DNA of 64,000 bases from Octopus vulgaris (taxonomy: Eukaryota). The notes under the pieces were generated by a model that was not told the DNA's origin, did not search any database, and saw nothing but the letters and a program-made list of their open reading frames with translations. How positions within the stretch are numbered: position 1 is the first letter of the stretch; the number at the start of each line of letters is the position of its first letter. Positions 26,068 to 37,982 of this stretch are shown piece after piece. Location of the stretch: the NCBI GenBank assembly GCA_951406725.2, contig OX597817.1, positions 69,874,001-69,938,000 on the forward strand. The letters are read 5' to 3'. The position numbers and the translations under genes are program-made.

Positions 26068-26160
26068 TAAATTGAAAGAATACAATAGGGAACGGGCATT
26101 TACTCTAAAAGTGACCGTGGTTTTAGTGAATTTCCCACGAGTAGCCTCGATATTCTCTAC

Positions 26161-27050
26161 CACTTTTGGAGAATTTTTCTTGCTTGAATAACACAGGTCA
26201 ACAAGTATTTTTCTTCAAGCATATGTCAAGGTGTACTTACTGCAGATTTCAATGCTGATTTCAAATATACAATCAGTTTTGACATCACATACGGTTTTCA
26301 AAATGAGAAGGTTTTTTAGTTTTAGCTCATGCATTATATAGAAATTCCAATTAATGACGTATATGTATGTATTTCATTTACATCTTAGAAACATATCTTT
26401 AAAATAAACTACGTTATTCATTGCTGCATAGTTCAGATGCAATATTTCATCATCTTAAATTAACCCATCAAGTTTTGTCTGATGAAATATGTATTTCAAC
26501 AATTCAAATTGTCCAGTCATAATTGGTCAGATGAAATATTCTCATCATTTCAAATTCAATATAAGTATAACCGTTTGCATTTATTTCCTTACTTGTTTTG
26601 TAGTGTTAACAACGTCAAGATAATATAGAAATCGTCCTGGTGTGTTTTGTTGCCTAAGGACAATTTATTGTCAAAGCTCAAAAACATACAATAACACCAG
26701 AGATGAAGTAGATTTATAAGCTATACTCTGACTGTCCTCTTGGAGACCAGGAAAAATTATGAGCACCACATTTTTTCTGTTCAGCTTGCTCAAATGACTG
26801 GCTCTATAAGACGTGATTGGTTGAAAAAGAAGTCCATGCCTTTTACTATTCCAATGATATGGGGGTGGGGCGCCGGAAGACCATTTTAATGACTTATTCT
26901 TGTAAAGTAAATGTCACAGGATTTTCTATGAAGAATAAGCACAAAATCGTGTATCCCAATTTGGATTCTGCAATGAGACCTGTGCCTCACAATGGAAGTC
27001 TGCCAATTTCAGTTCCACTAGATGATGATATTGAAGCATCTAACGCTTAA
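26161..27050 (+). mobile_element. 5' fragment of a CMC/Chapaev3-like DNA transposon (pseudogenised N-terminal zinc-binding region)
   Basis: Frameshifted translation includes LGDQEK, APHF.CSAC and GFSMKNKHKIVYPNLDSAMRPVPH, matching the GDQDKxWAPHxxCxxC / YPxLxSAxRPVPH pattern I associate with Chapaev3 transposases; possible CAC start at 26161. Confidence 0.6.
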
Positions 27051-27059
27051 GATAAACCA

Positions 27060-27520
27060 AGTGCCTGCACAGTCATTGCTTAACGGTATGGAGCTGGATA
27101 AGATACCGCCAGAACTAGAAGATTTGAGGACACTAGAATTGCGCTTGATCAGTTAGCGGAGACCTTTCATGAAACTTGTGGGGCTACCCATAAGCGGACA
27201 AAGGGCTATTTATGGCAGCGCTGTCAATATACCATCTAAGCTGCAGTCTGTTGTGTCATTGTTACCAAGACTGCAAGATTCGGCCGAGGTCATCCCAATA
27301 AAACTCAAGCGTACATTGACATTTAAAGGACATTACATGCACGAATATGTGCGTCCGAAAAAGTTGATGGAAGTACTTTGCTAGCTTCAGGAAAATAATC
27401 CCTTGTACAAGGACATCAAAGTCTGTCACGAATGGGAAAACTGGTGAGAGGAAGATGATGCAGATTTGTAGGCTGCCATAGCAAGATCATCAGAAGCGGT
27501 AATCCAGGACCGTGGGGGAG
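27060..27520 (+). mobile_element. Helentron/Helitron2-type RepHel N-terminal (DUF6570-like) pseudogene fragment
   Basis: FMKLVGLP..GQRAIYGSAVNIP..LLPR..IPIKLKRTLTFKGHY...VRP....L*LQENNPLYKDI follows the DUF6570 pattern. Confidence 0.7.
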
Positions 27521-28439
27521 ACAGAAGAAGGTCACAGTGAAAGCCCATCTCCTCTTCCTTCAGGAAACGATCGCCTGGTATTAGAACATCCGACCGCGAG
27601 TCCGCTACCCTAACCACTGGGCCATTGCGCCCTCACAAACCAACAGATACAAGACTGATATTGAATTGTTCATTTAAAAACAGTAAAATAGAACTGCCTA
27701 CTAATGGGGGGTAGGTAAGCCATTCCACCCTCATTTTTCATTATATCCTTAATTCATTCGATATGTGTTTCTATGTACCCCATTGTATTATTTTGTCTGT
27801 TTCTGTGCTGTCCTTTCTCTATTGAGGTTTTGTGCCTAATTAAAGAAATAAAGACGTTGGTGTTGCTTTGACGGAAGTTTGCGCTCTCTGAGTGACTGTA
27901 GTTAATTGGAATATACACATTGCATAACGGAGTACGCGGACGCTATATTCGATTTTTTTAAAACTAAAAGCGGCGATGACTATAACTGGAATGCTATTTG
28001 TTACAGATGTGTTCGTTCAACAAGAGCAACCATATAGCTTCCTTAAAAAGTGTGGGACCGTCTTAAGCTTTCTGATAAAATTTTATAGAGTACAAAATTA
28101 TTTCTCACATTTTCATTGCTTATGGAGAGAATTGGTAGTGCGTCAGACAAAATATCTTCCAGTGTTTAGTTGTGTCCCTTGACATTTACCCCTCTCATTT
28201 CATTAAAATTTGTGGCTGTCTTAAAAAGTAATATTTTATTGCATTTTCTGCTCTTTTTTACCTTTTAAATATTGCTTTTATTTTCTGCTTGTTTACTTCC
28301 ATGAAAAAAAAAAAAATAATAATTATCTGTCCATTTGCATTAAACCAGTAATTCTTTGTCTTTTATTTTTCATTTTATTAACAATCATTGCTGAAGGGTT
28401 CTGTTTTCACACATTTTAAAATATTGATTAAAAATTGTT

Positions 28440-30150
28440 AATACAAACATGCAAATGAACTGAAAATGATGCCTGCATTCAAAATTATTGTATTTAATTT
28501 GTAACGACGAAAAGGACAGCCTGTTTTGACCGAATTAAAATCCACATTGTTCATCAGCAATAATAATACTTGATAAAATGAATACTACATCGCACAATAA
28601 ATGCTAAGGAACTGTATTTAAGGGGTGGCTATTAGTTATCAATTTGTACGCATTCCGACTTGTATTAACAGCACATTGGATTACATTGGATTTTAATTAT
28701 CCTTTCCACTAATGGCACAAAGCCTGATATTTCGTGGGAGGGGTCTGTCGGCTAGAACGACTCCAGTATTTGACTGGTACTTATTTCACTGATCCACCCC
28801 CCAAAAAAAAATAAATGAAAGGCAAAGCTGACCTCGGCGGAATTTGAACTCAGAGCTTAAAGACGGACGAAATACCTATTTCTTTACTACCCGCAAGGGG
28901 CGAAACACAGAGAGGACAAACAAGGATAGACAAACGGATTAAGTCGATTATATCGACCCCAGTGCGTAACTAGTACTTATTTAATCGACCGCGAAAGGAT
29001 GAAAGGCTAAGTCGACCTCGGCGGAATTTGAACTCAGAACGTAACCGTAGACGAAATACCTATTTCTTTACTACCCACAAGGAGCTAAACACAGAGAAGA
29101 TAAACAAGGACAGACAGACGGATTAAGTCGATTACATCGACCCCAGTGCGTAACTGGTACTAAATTTATCGACCCCGAAAGGATGAAATGCAAAGTCGAC
29201 CTCGGCAGAATTTCAACTCTGATCGTACCGGCAGACGAAATACCAATAAGCATTTCGCCCGGCGTGCTAACGTTTCTACCAGCTCGTCGATATTGTTTGC
29301 TCATCAATACATATTTTCTAGGTTATTGTTAGATCTGAGACGAAAAGTCGTTTTACTCAATAAAGAATTAAGGAACCATCCACTACTTTAATAGCGTTCC
29401 ATTATGTCATTCACCTGTAAAATTCTAAAAACATTCTCCATGAATGAATAGTATAATAAAAGTTGCAATAAAATGTAGATAAATCAAGGGATTGAATAGT
29501 AGAGAAATTTAAGATGTTTTTAAGAGTATCGAAGAGGAATAGGATGGTTTATTTTGTTGTCCATTGGCTAACCAAAGGCCGCATGCTCAATCGTTCATAT
29601 GAATTGTCAGATGAACTGAAACTCATCATGGGAGTTGATGACCAAAAATGATTGTCAATCGGCATTTTTGGTCGATTTCACTAACTACATAAATGGTCTA
29701 AAATGTAAATGACAAGAGCTGAATTAGCTTATTGTCCTTATGTTGCCAATATCAGGAGCTTTTGAATCAATGTTGTAATTATTTGTAATCCAGCTAAAGA
29801 AATGTTGCATGAAAAATTTCCAACATTGAAGAAGCTAGAATTGATGGCGAAGTATATTCTGCAGAATATTGCATTCTTTTAGATCAATTATAAAAGCGTT
29901 TTCGAGATTTATAAAATCATGAGCTCAAACTATGAATATTTGATGCTAGATGCTAGATATAGTTCTGGATTATTTGCATCTCGAGTTAATTTATCTACAA
30001 TCGAATAAACATTTTGATATTCAAATTTAATAGTTTATATATTTTGGGATTTTTATGGATCTATGCAGATAGTGAAAAATATCCTCTTTTGTGCAATCAC
30101 GCACTGAAAATTTCATCAATGCTTTCTGCTACTCACCGATGAAAAGAATT
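28440..30150 (+). mobile_element. Highly decayed hAT (Charlie/SPIN/GTF2IRD2-like) transposase remnant interrupted by SINEs
   Basis: FHYVIH near 29400 (cf. FHCIIH), HWLTKGRMLNRSYEL (cf. RWLSRGKVLxRFxEL) and AFLVDFTNYIN (cf. AFLVDITxHLN); the upstream limit is uncertain. Confidence 0.65.
28700..29290 (-). mobile_element. Three tandem SINE family D units with an internal ctacccacaagg..acaaacggattaagtcgatt module
   Basis: Similar ~190-bp units at about 28875-29065 and 29065-29245; related module at 25230-25440. Confidence 0.85.
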
Positions 30151-30159
30151 TGTCTCAAC

Positions 30160-30702
30160 AACCCTTTCGTTACCGTATTTCTATTGAAACACACCACGCA
30201 TCAGCAAATAATTTGTTTGCTGATTTCTGTAAATAAGAGCCTGTACTCTTGCTAGATACATCAGCTCGGTGCGATTGTTTTGACTGAGGAGATGCACAAT
30301 AAGGTCGAAACACCGCACTGTCTCAAAGCCCCGAATCACGTGTGATATGAGCGCATATAGCCTGAGGTGATGTGGAGACGTTCTCCGATGACGAAAAGCA
30401 ACAACGATCGAATGCACACGCTTGAACTGGCCAAAAACTACTGATAACGAAGAGATACGTTATTGTTTGGACTTCCTCTGTTCTGCATGCAGCTCATGAA
30501 TTATTCCTCACTACATTTGTTTAAATTAGTTCTGAAAATAACGAAGTGTTAAGCAGAATTATTGTCATATTAAGTTGATGAATGAAACGTAAATTTGCAT
30601 AAAATTTCGATGGAAGGTTTTTAATCTAGATCATATTAAAGCAGGAAGTTTGTTTCATAGAACCAAAAGCAACCACAGATGGATTGGTATCAGACGGGTT
30701 AA
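30160..30702. mobile_element. piggyBac-like MITE remnant containing a ~300-bp insert
   Basis: Degenerate TIRs aaccctttcgttacc (30160) and ggtatcagacgggttaa (30686-30702); TTAA present only on the right. Confidence 0.45.
30277..30329 (+). ncRNA. Type I hammerhead ribozyme, canonical core
   Basis: GUUUUGA-CUGAGGA-GAU(GCACAAUAAG)GUC-GAAAC-A(CCGCAC)U-GUC-UCAAAGC; all three stems pair; predicted cleavage after C30322. Confidence 0.8.
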
Positions 30703-31119
30703 CATGTTAGAGTTACAGAAAATCTTGCAAATCAGCTGACAATTGGCACATCAACATCAGTTCAAAGCCTAAGTTTTCCAGAGGGAAGTAAAGCTTAGCT
30801 TTTTTTTTTTTTTTTAATGTATGATAAGACATTTCCTTAAACTTAAAACTAAATATAAGCTCTGTTACATGTTTGGTGAGTTGGAATTGGAAGTATGATA
30901 TAAATTTAGTATATTAATCCATTGTAATATTTTAATAAATGCAACTTAATATGAGCGTATGCGTCTATAAAATTAATATTGCATTTCTTTTCTGAGTACA
31001 AATGCGCTCTCTACCGATTCTTATACACATGCATTTCACCTCTAGTACTAAAATGGTTAACTGATCATAAAGTAGAGGCTCTCATGTTGGTTTAACATCT
31101 GTTCAAAGCTTATATAATA

Positions 31120-32256
31120 CTAGCAGAGAAACCCGGCCTTGCTCGGGATTAAAAGAGCATAGTTTTTTAGTTTTACTTGCTTCGGTATTATAACCCGATT
31201 TTATTCGGGTCTACTCAAGCTACATTTTAAAGGTGAGGAATTCCAACCCCCCCCACACCACCACCACCACAAAAAAACCCGAAAATTTTATTAAAAATTG
31301 GTAATGAAAAAAAGCATGCCCAATGTTTAAGCACTCTTGGAGAAGCGATTGGAGAAACCTCGCGGATGCAGATGTGAAGGGCAAAGAATGACGGGAAAAT
31401 GCTGGAAAAGAAAACAAAACACCAATCAGGCCTCTGCAGAAAACTGAAATAGTATAATATGACTGCACTTACAATGTTTTGGATACAATATGTAGTCACA
31501 CCCAACCTAATTTTGCAGAATAAGTGTCACGACATGAACCCATGGGTTGGGAGTTTGACTGGCAGAGGTGGTCAGGTCGCAGAGGTGGCCAGCGACGTGA
31601 AGAAGGTGGATGCAGTTGGGCTAAAAAATTGAGAAAGTTACAATGATTCCAATGACGGGAGAGTAATGCCGGTAGGTTCAAAAGTGTTATTGCAGGGCTT
31701 CTTTGTAGACAACGTTCCAGGTGTTGCCCGGATTACCACAAATGAAGAGATTGTGTGGGCTGCCGACTTGGGAGCATCCGGCGTATAGTTGACCGTGTGT
31801 AAATACCTGCTGTGTCAGATTTAGGCCAACTACTTGTAACGACTGTCCCTGTGCCTTGTTGATGATCATTGCAAAGCATACTTTTAAGGGGAAACTGCCG
31901 TCGCGTAAATTCAAATGGCACTGTAGAGGGACTAGGGCTCATGGAGGTTATTAACTTTGTCACGCCAGCAGACGGTCCGCTCGGAATGGTTGTCATCAGA
32001 ATTAGGGTCTCGATTTTTTTTATGATCTGGGGCGTACAGTTGCATAGTTCTGGTGGTTCCACGTTTCTTAGCAGCATAACTGGAACACCAACCTTGAGTC
32101 TAAGGTAATGAGGTGGAAGTCCGGGAGGTAGTTGGCTGTTGAGGAATTCAAAAGGTATGCAAATTTTCAGCTCAATCCGACCACATTTACTAACACTTTG
32201 CCGGCACAACAACATGTGAGACAACGTCCGCCCTTTTCACAAATATATATATTAGA
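31120..32256 (-). mobile_element. Internally deleted Helitron carrying the PIF1-like helicase C-terminus
   Basis: 5' TCTAATATATA at 32256; 3' hairpin cccgagcaaggccggg plus CTAG at 31120; peptide EFLNS..PPGLPPHYLRLKVGVPVMLLRN, FPLKVCFAMIINKAQGQSL and VFTHGQLY. Confidence 0.92.
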
Positions 32257-32501
32257 ATTGCAGAGATACCCGGTCTTGCTCGGGATTAAAATAGTTTATT
32301 ATTGTTTTACTTGTTTCGGTATTATAGCCCGATTTTATTCGGGTCTACGCGGGCCATATTTTAAATGATCTCATCTCATTTTACATGTCCCTGTAAATTT
32401 TCGCCGCAATCCAAGCACGCCTGTTGCCATTGAACCCTGCATAACCACTAAATGAGACACGCAAACATCCAACTTTCGGCCATTTCACCTTTATATATAG
32501 A
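32257..32501 (-). mobile_element. Short related Helitron in head-to-tail tandem, degenerate 3' end
   Basis: 5' TCTATATATAAAGG at 32501; 3' block gcagagatacccggtcttgctcgggattaaaa matches 31123-31153 but CTAG is mutated. Confidence 0.75.
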
Positions 32502-33870
32502 CATAAATCTGTTTTAATATAGGTATGAGCTGGCCTTTTGCCAAAATTTGAAATCAATATGGGCATAAAGTAGACCATTTCGTCCGCTTTATGTTCTGAA
32601 TTTAAATCCAAGCGGGATCAACTTTCCCTTTCATCCTTTCGTGGGGTCGATATAATAAGTACCAGTTGAGCACTGGAGTCGATCTAATCGACTTACCCCG
32701 CCCCAAAGTTGCTGGCCTTGTGCAACAATTTGAAACCAATATAGTCACAAGGTCAGAAACTCCTTCTCTCAGGGGAGAAGTTAATCTATTAAACTATACT
32801 AATACATGACTGGTATTATATCTTATCGGTCTTGAATGAATAAAAAGTTAAAGACATTTTCTACGACGTTCTAACGATGCTACTCCACTATCAAAGTTTC
32901 AAATTGCTCCAAATTTCGACTCAATGCCAGCAATTTTAGAGGGTAAGTTTTAATCGCCTGAAACATATTTTGTCGACCCCGAAAGGATGAAGGGCAAAGA
33001 CCACCTCGGCAACATAGGAACTCAGAACGTAAAGATGGACGGAGTGCTGCTAAGCATTTTGTCCAACGTGCTAACGATTCTGACAGCTCACCACCTGAAC
33101 CATAGTAATAAACAGCAATCAATATCATGTAGCCGAATTGATTTCCAACTCAATTTTCTTTCAGCAATTTTATGATAGAATCCATTATTAGATTCAGCAC
33201 CGGTGAAATTCATATCCCTGGCAGTATTCAGTCACGACCATTTCTATCCTAAGATCAGTTTTCACTGGGAATCTCTGTCCTGGTCAACAAAACAGGGACT
33301 CGCTCGTAGTTGATTTTGATCTAAACTGAGCCAAGAAAAAGCTGTGTGGACATGCCTAATGTCACAGAGTGCCATGATGTCCAGAAATCGAACTTGCAAC
33401 CTATGGTTGTGAGTACAATACTCTACCACTTGTCTACACACCCTCACTCTCTTTCTTATTCTCTTTCTCTTTATCTCTCTCTCTCTCTCTCTCTCATTCG
33501 CTTTCTCTTTATCTCTGTCATCTACTTTGTCTTTATATATCTCTCTTATTCTCTTTCTCTTTGTCTCTCACTCCCTCTCTCTCGACACACACACACACAC
33601 ACGTACACACACAAACAAATGCACACGCGCACACTGTTGACAGAAGTAGGTACACAGTTGCTTAACGTAAATATACTGTTTCTTAATTTCTGTTTTTGGC
33701 GGCGAATTGTAGCTTTGAGTGATGCAATAAAGGGCACATTTCATACACCCATGTCTGCTCCGAATTTAGAGTAAAATCAATAACTTGCTAGTTCATATGT
33801 AAATATATACATACGTACGTACACACGTGTCTAATCCTGAATGTACGAATGTATGTATGTATATATTATA

Positions 33871-34079
33871 CAGGGGTGAGCAAAAATAGGTTAACCGTTA
33901 CTTTATGTGAGCGGAACGTCCTTATTTATTTCTCTATTTCTTTTTTAAGATAAGAATCCCACAATTTCTTTAACGTGTTATTTCGGTCTAGTATTTTTCA
34001 TAATACAAAAGAAACAAAGAAATGAAAAGGACGTTTCACTCACATAAAGTAGCTGCTGACCTACTTTTAGTCACCCTTG
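33871..34079. mobile_element. Tc1/mariner-type MITE, TA TSD
   Basis: TA|CAGGGGTGAGCAAAAATAGG...CCTACTTTTAGTCACCCTTG|TA with ~55-bp imperfect TIRs. Confidence 0.85.
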
Positions 34080-34096
34080 TATAATATATTCATACC

Positions 34097-34261
34097 GGCG
34101 TAGGAGTGGCTGTGTGGTAAGTAGCTTGCTTACGAACCACATGTTTCCGGGTTCAATCCCACAGCGTGACACCTTGGGCAAGTGTCTTCTACTATAGCCC
34201 CCGGCCGACCAAAGCCTTGAGAGTGGATTTGGTAGACGGAAACTGAAAGAAGCCCGTCGTA

Positions 34262-34308
<47 letters not shown>

Positions 34309-34530
34309 GTGTGTGTGTATATGTTTGTGCGTCTGTGTTTGTCCCCCAACATCGCTTGACAACCGATGCTGGTGTGTTTACGTCCCTGTAACATAGCAGT
34401 TCGGCCAAAAGAGATCGATAGAATAACTACTAGACTTACAGTCCTAATAAGTCCTGGGGTCGATTTGCTCGACTAAAGGCGGTGCTCCAGCATGGCCACA
34501 GTCAAATGACTGAAACAAGTAAGAGAGTAA
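34097..34530 (+). mobile_element. SINE family A, full length
   Basis: Head, CORE-like motif, internal (TA)n and tail all present. Confidence 0.9.
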
Positions 34531-34722
34531 AAGACTAAAAGAATATTGAGGCATATACACATATGTTCGTACGTATATATGTACGCATGGACCAACTAAT
34601 TATTGATTTTACTCTAAATTTGGAGTAGACATGGGTGTTTTAGTTCATTTGCCCTCTTTTTTTATGGTATTCCAAAATCTAAATTCAGGTTGTAATCCAC
34701 GCAACAATGATATATATATCCT

Positions 34723-34902
34723 AGGCACAGGAGTGGCTATGTGGTAAGTAGCTTGCTTACCATCCTAATGGTCCCGGGTTCTGTCCCACAGTGTGGCACT
34801 TTGGGCAAGTGTCTTCTACTATAGCCTCGGGCCGATCAAAGCCTTGCGAGTGGATTTGGTGGACAGAAACTGGAAGAAGCCCGTCGTATATGTATATATA
34901 TA
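34723..34902 (+). mobile_element. SINE family A, 5' half (3' half resumes at 36812-36988)
   Basis: Ends in the internal (TA)n tract at a Helitron CTAG. Confidence 0.85.
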
Positions 34903-35534
34903 CTAGCAGTATCGCTCGGCGTTGCTCGGGTTTGTAAGGGAAATAACTATATAAGCATTTTTAGAGAGTTATAGCCAAAAAATAGCAAAAAATGCATTAA
35001 AAATGGAAAAAATATGATGGTAAATTTTTTTTTAAATCGTTGACTCATCGTAGACATTTTTAGAGAGTTACTTCCCTTATATAATAGCGAATGCATTAAA
35101 ATGGAAAAAAAACGATGGTAAATTTTTTTAAAATCGTAGACTCATGTAGACGCTTTCTTAGCCATTTCTGTTTTGGTGTCTTCAAGCCATGAAGTCGTTG
35201 TTCTAAAAGAACGCTGGTCTCCTTGACAACGCATTACGACGTTGATTTCCTTACACTCCCTTCCCCACAGGTGCAGGTGTGAGCGTGGACGCCAACTCCG
35301 CCGCCATCGACACACGAAAAATTATGCATTAAAATGAAATAAAAAATGATGTTAAATTATTTTAAAAATCGTAGACTCATCGTAGACGCGCGCTAATACT
35401 CAGACGGGCTTGATATGAATCACGACTATAAGCTACCCGAATTTAGTTAAACTGCACCGCAAAATGTGGGAGTAGTTAGGAATCTAAATCGAAGGGGACA
35501 GACACTCACACAACTACAGTTTTATGTATATAGA
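34903..35534 (-). mobile_element. Non-autonomous Helitron sharing its 3' end with 20210-20594
   Basis: CTAG at 34903 with hairpin; 5' TCTATATACATAAAAC at 35534; internal repeats of atgcattaaaa..aatcgtagactca. Confidence 0.85.
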
Positions 35535-35544
35535 TATACATAGC

Positions 35545-35980
35545 GCAGTAGTGGTGAGATGTGACAGCAAAGAAAAGCATACATTCACTATCTGCATGCA
35601 ATTAGACTCGGAAAGTTCGTGAGGAACCCATTGACCCAATTTGCTGACTTTTCCGATAGCACACAGGTCTCAATGAATGGTTGAATGACCAAATCCAAGC
35701 TTCTCTGCTAGTTCCTCAACAGTTACGATGAGATTTTGTTCCACCAGGGTTTTCAGGATGTCCTTGTCGAGTTCTACAGATCTTTCAGGATGAGGCTCAT
35801 CTTCTAGGCTGTTCCAATATAGCTTTGAAAAAAATAGCTGTTAAAATCGAAATGCACTCTTCAAAACTTGCACTATGAATAAGGACAAGATAAAATTACT
35901 ACCTGCTTTTATAGCAAGTTAATATAAGTAGTTTATCCCATTCCCCTCTGACTTTTAGTTCAAGCTGTTGAAAAAACCGC
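35545..35980 (-). mobile_element. mariner transposase N-terminal/linker fragment
   Basis: Minus translation SLEDEPHPER..TVEELAEKLGFGHSTIH..GQWVPHEL (mariner WVPHEL motif). Confidence 0.85.
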
Positions 35981-35995
35981 ATTATTATATATATA

Positions 35996-36027
<32 letters not shown>

Positions 36028-36273
36028 CACACACACTCTCTCTCTCTCTCACACATGCACACATTTATATTCTGTTATTCTTTTATATGTTTCAGCCTTG
36101 AGGTTGTGGCCATGCTGGATCATGTGTGTGTGTCTATCTGTCTGTCTGTATGTATATATGTATATGTATGTGTGTGAACAATAATATTTTCAACAGATGT
36201 GTTGCAAATGTATCTGATTGTTCTCAAGCTTCAATACTGTGTGTGTGTGTATGTGTGTGTGTATGTATGTATG

Positions 36274-36305
<32 letters not shown>

Positions 36306-36999
36306 TGTATGTGTGTGTGTATGTATGTATGTATGTATGTATGTATGTATGTATGAGTGTATGTTTACTTTATTACTAACACAAGCCACTACGGTTATTT
36401 CATGTAAAGTCTTCCTCAAATCACTATCTCTGGCTATTTACTCTCTTCCAAGAACATTTTCACTCACTCTTATGTGTTAGCTTCCCATACATTTTACTCA
36501 TGTATCTATCAGCGTGATAGAGAGAAACAAATATTACATCTAGTTTCACTTTATTGGTTGCCCACTGTGTGTGTGCGTTTGCGTGTGGTGTAAACCAGAC
36601 TAAGAAAAGCATTTGACACACACACCAGAATGTGAGTTTTCTGTAAATTTTGCTTAATTGGAGTTTAAATTTTAAAAAACTGGACCTGGCATGACGCGAT
36701 GCATTGTACTCTCAAAAATGCTAGGTAAATTGTAATTGAAGAAATCCTATATTGTAGATTTGTATAACTCCCAAAGGGAGGCAGATAAAATCTGCCTTTT
36801 ATAATAAGAGATATATGTATATATGTGTGTGTGTGTTTGTGTGTTTGTGCTTGTGCCCCCATCATCGCTTGACAACCGATGCTTGCGTGTTTATGTCCTC
36901 GTAACCTAGCGGTTCGGCAAAGGCTTACAAGGAATAAACTCTGGAATAGCCTCAGTCAAATGACTGAAACAAGTAAAAGAGTAAAAGACTATATAGTAT

Positions 37000-37048
<49 letters not shown>

Positions 37049-37093
37049 CGTGTGTGCGTGCGTGTGTGTGTGTACATGTGTGTGTATTGCTGG

Positions 37094-37623
37094 AGAATAT
37101 ATTCTAATATAACCCAAGCTAAATTCTTTTTATGAATCGTGAGAGATTTGGCTTAATTTTTGTGAGTGTGTTTGTGCGCGCGCGCGCATGTCTGTGTCTG
37201 TGTGCGCGCGCGTGTATACCTAAATACTTTTAGCGTCCTTAGATTTTGAAAAACAAGTAATCGATTAGTTTGGCTCTTAGAGGCCGGGGTCATTAGCTCC
37301 GCAGCCACCTGCATGTATTTTTCTAACAAAGCAACTTTTGCCTTCAAATGATTCGGTGATGCCTGATAAAATAGGTGTGAATTCAGTATATATATTTTAA
37401 TGATGTAATGCACTAAATGCAAATAAAATGCCATACTCTTGAAACATTTGTAGCATGTACTGAACTGTTAATATTCATTCAGATTAATTCATCACACGCA
37501 CGCGCGCACACACACATACACATACATTCCCGCTCACATACACACACATGAAGCCAAATCTCCCGCGAATCATTCTCTATCATACTAAAAAGAATTAAGT
37601 TTGGGTTATATTAAAATATATCT
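37094..37623. mobile_element. Foldback/MITE with ~60-bp imperfect inverted arms
   Basis: 37094-37154 is the imperfect reverse complement of 37551-37623. Confidence 0.7.
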
Positions 37624-37830
37624 TTCTATCAAACGTAGCATGGTCAAGGCTGGAATGCCTTTCATCATCGCATCAAGGTAGGACTGAGACGAAATAACGA
37701 TGATATCGACGACGGTGACAACGACAGCCACAACAAAAACAACAGCAAGAATTTTAATTGCAAAGAATAAAAAACATTATGATTTTGCTTCCCACACACT
37801 CCGTTTGCAAGTATTGGATGTGCAATGATG

Positions 37831-37862
<32 letters not shown>

Positions 37863-37865
<3 letters not shown>

Positions 37866-37982
37866 CCTGATGCAGTACCAGGCAGTGGCTCTAACCCTGA
37901 TGCAGTACCAGGCAGTGGCTCTAACCCTGATGCAGTACCAGGCAGTGGCTTTCACCTTGATGCAGTACCAGGCAGTGGCTCT
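37863..37982. repeat. 30-bp tandem repeat AACCCTGATGCAGTACCAGGCAGTGGCTCT x4 next to (AAT)n
   Basis: Directly visible; abuts a probable interspersed repeat running to about 38430. Confidence 0.9.

Noticed and set aside
37863-37982. 30-bp repeats resembling a CRISPR array
   Set aside because: Units are contiguous with no spacers, there are no cas genes, and the context is eukaryotic.
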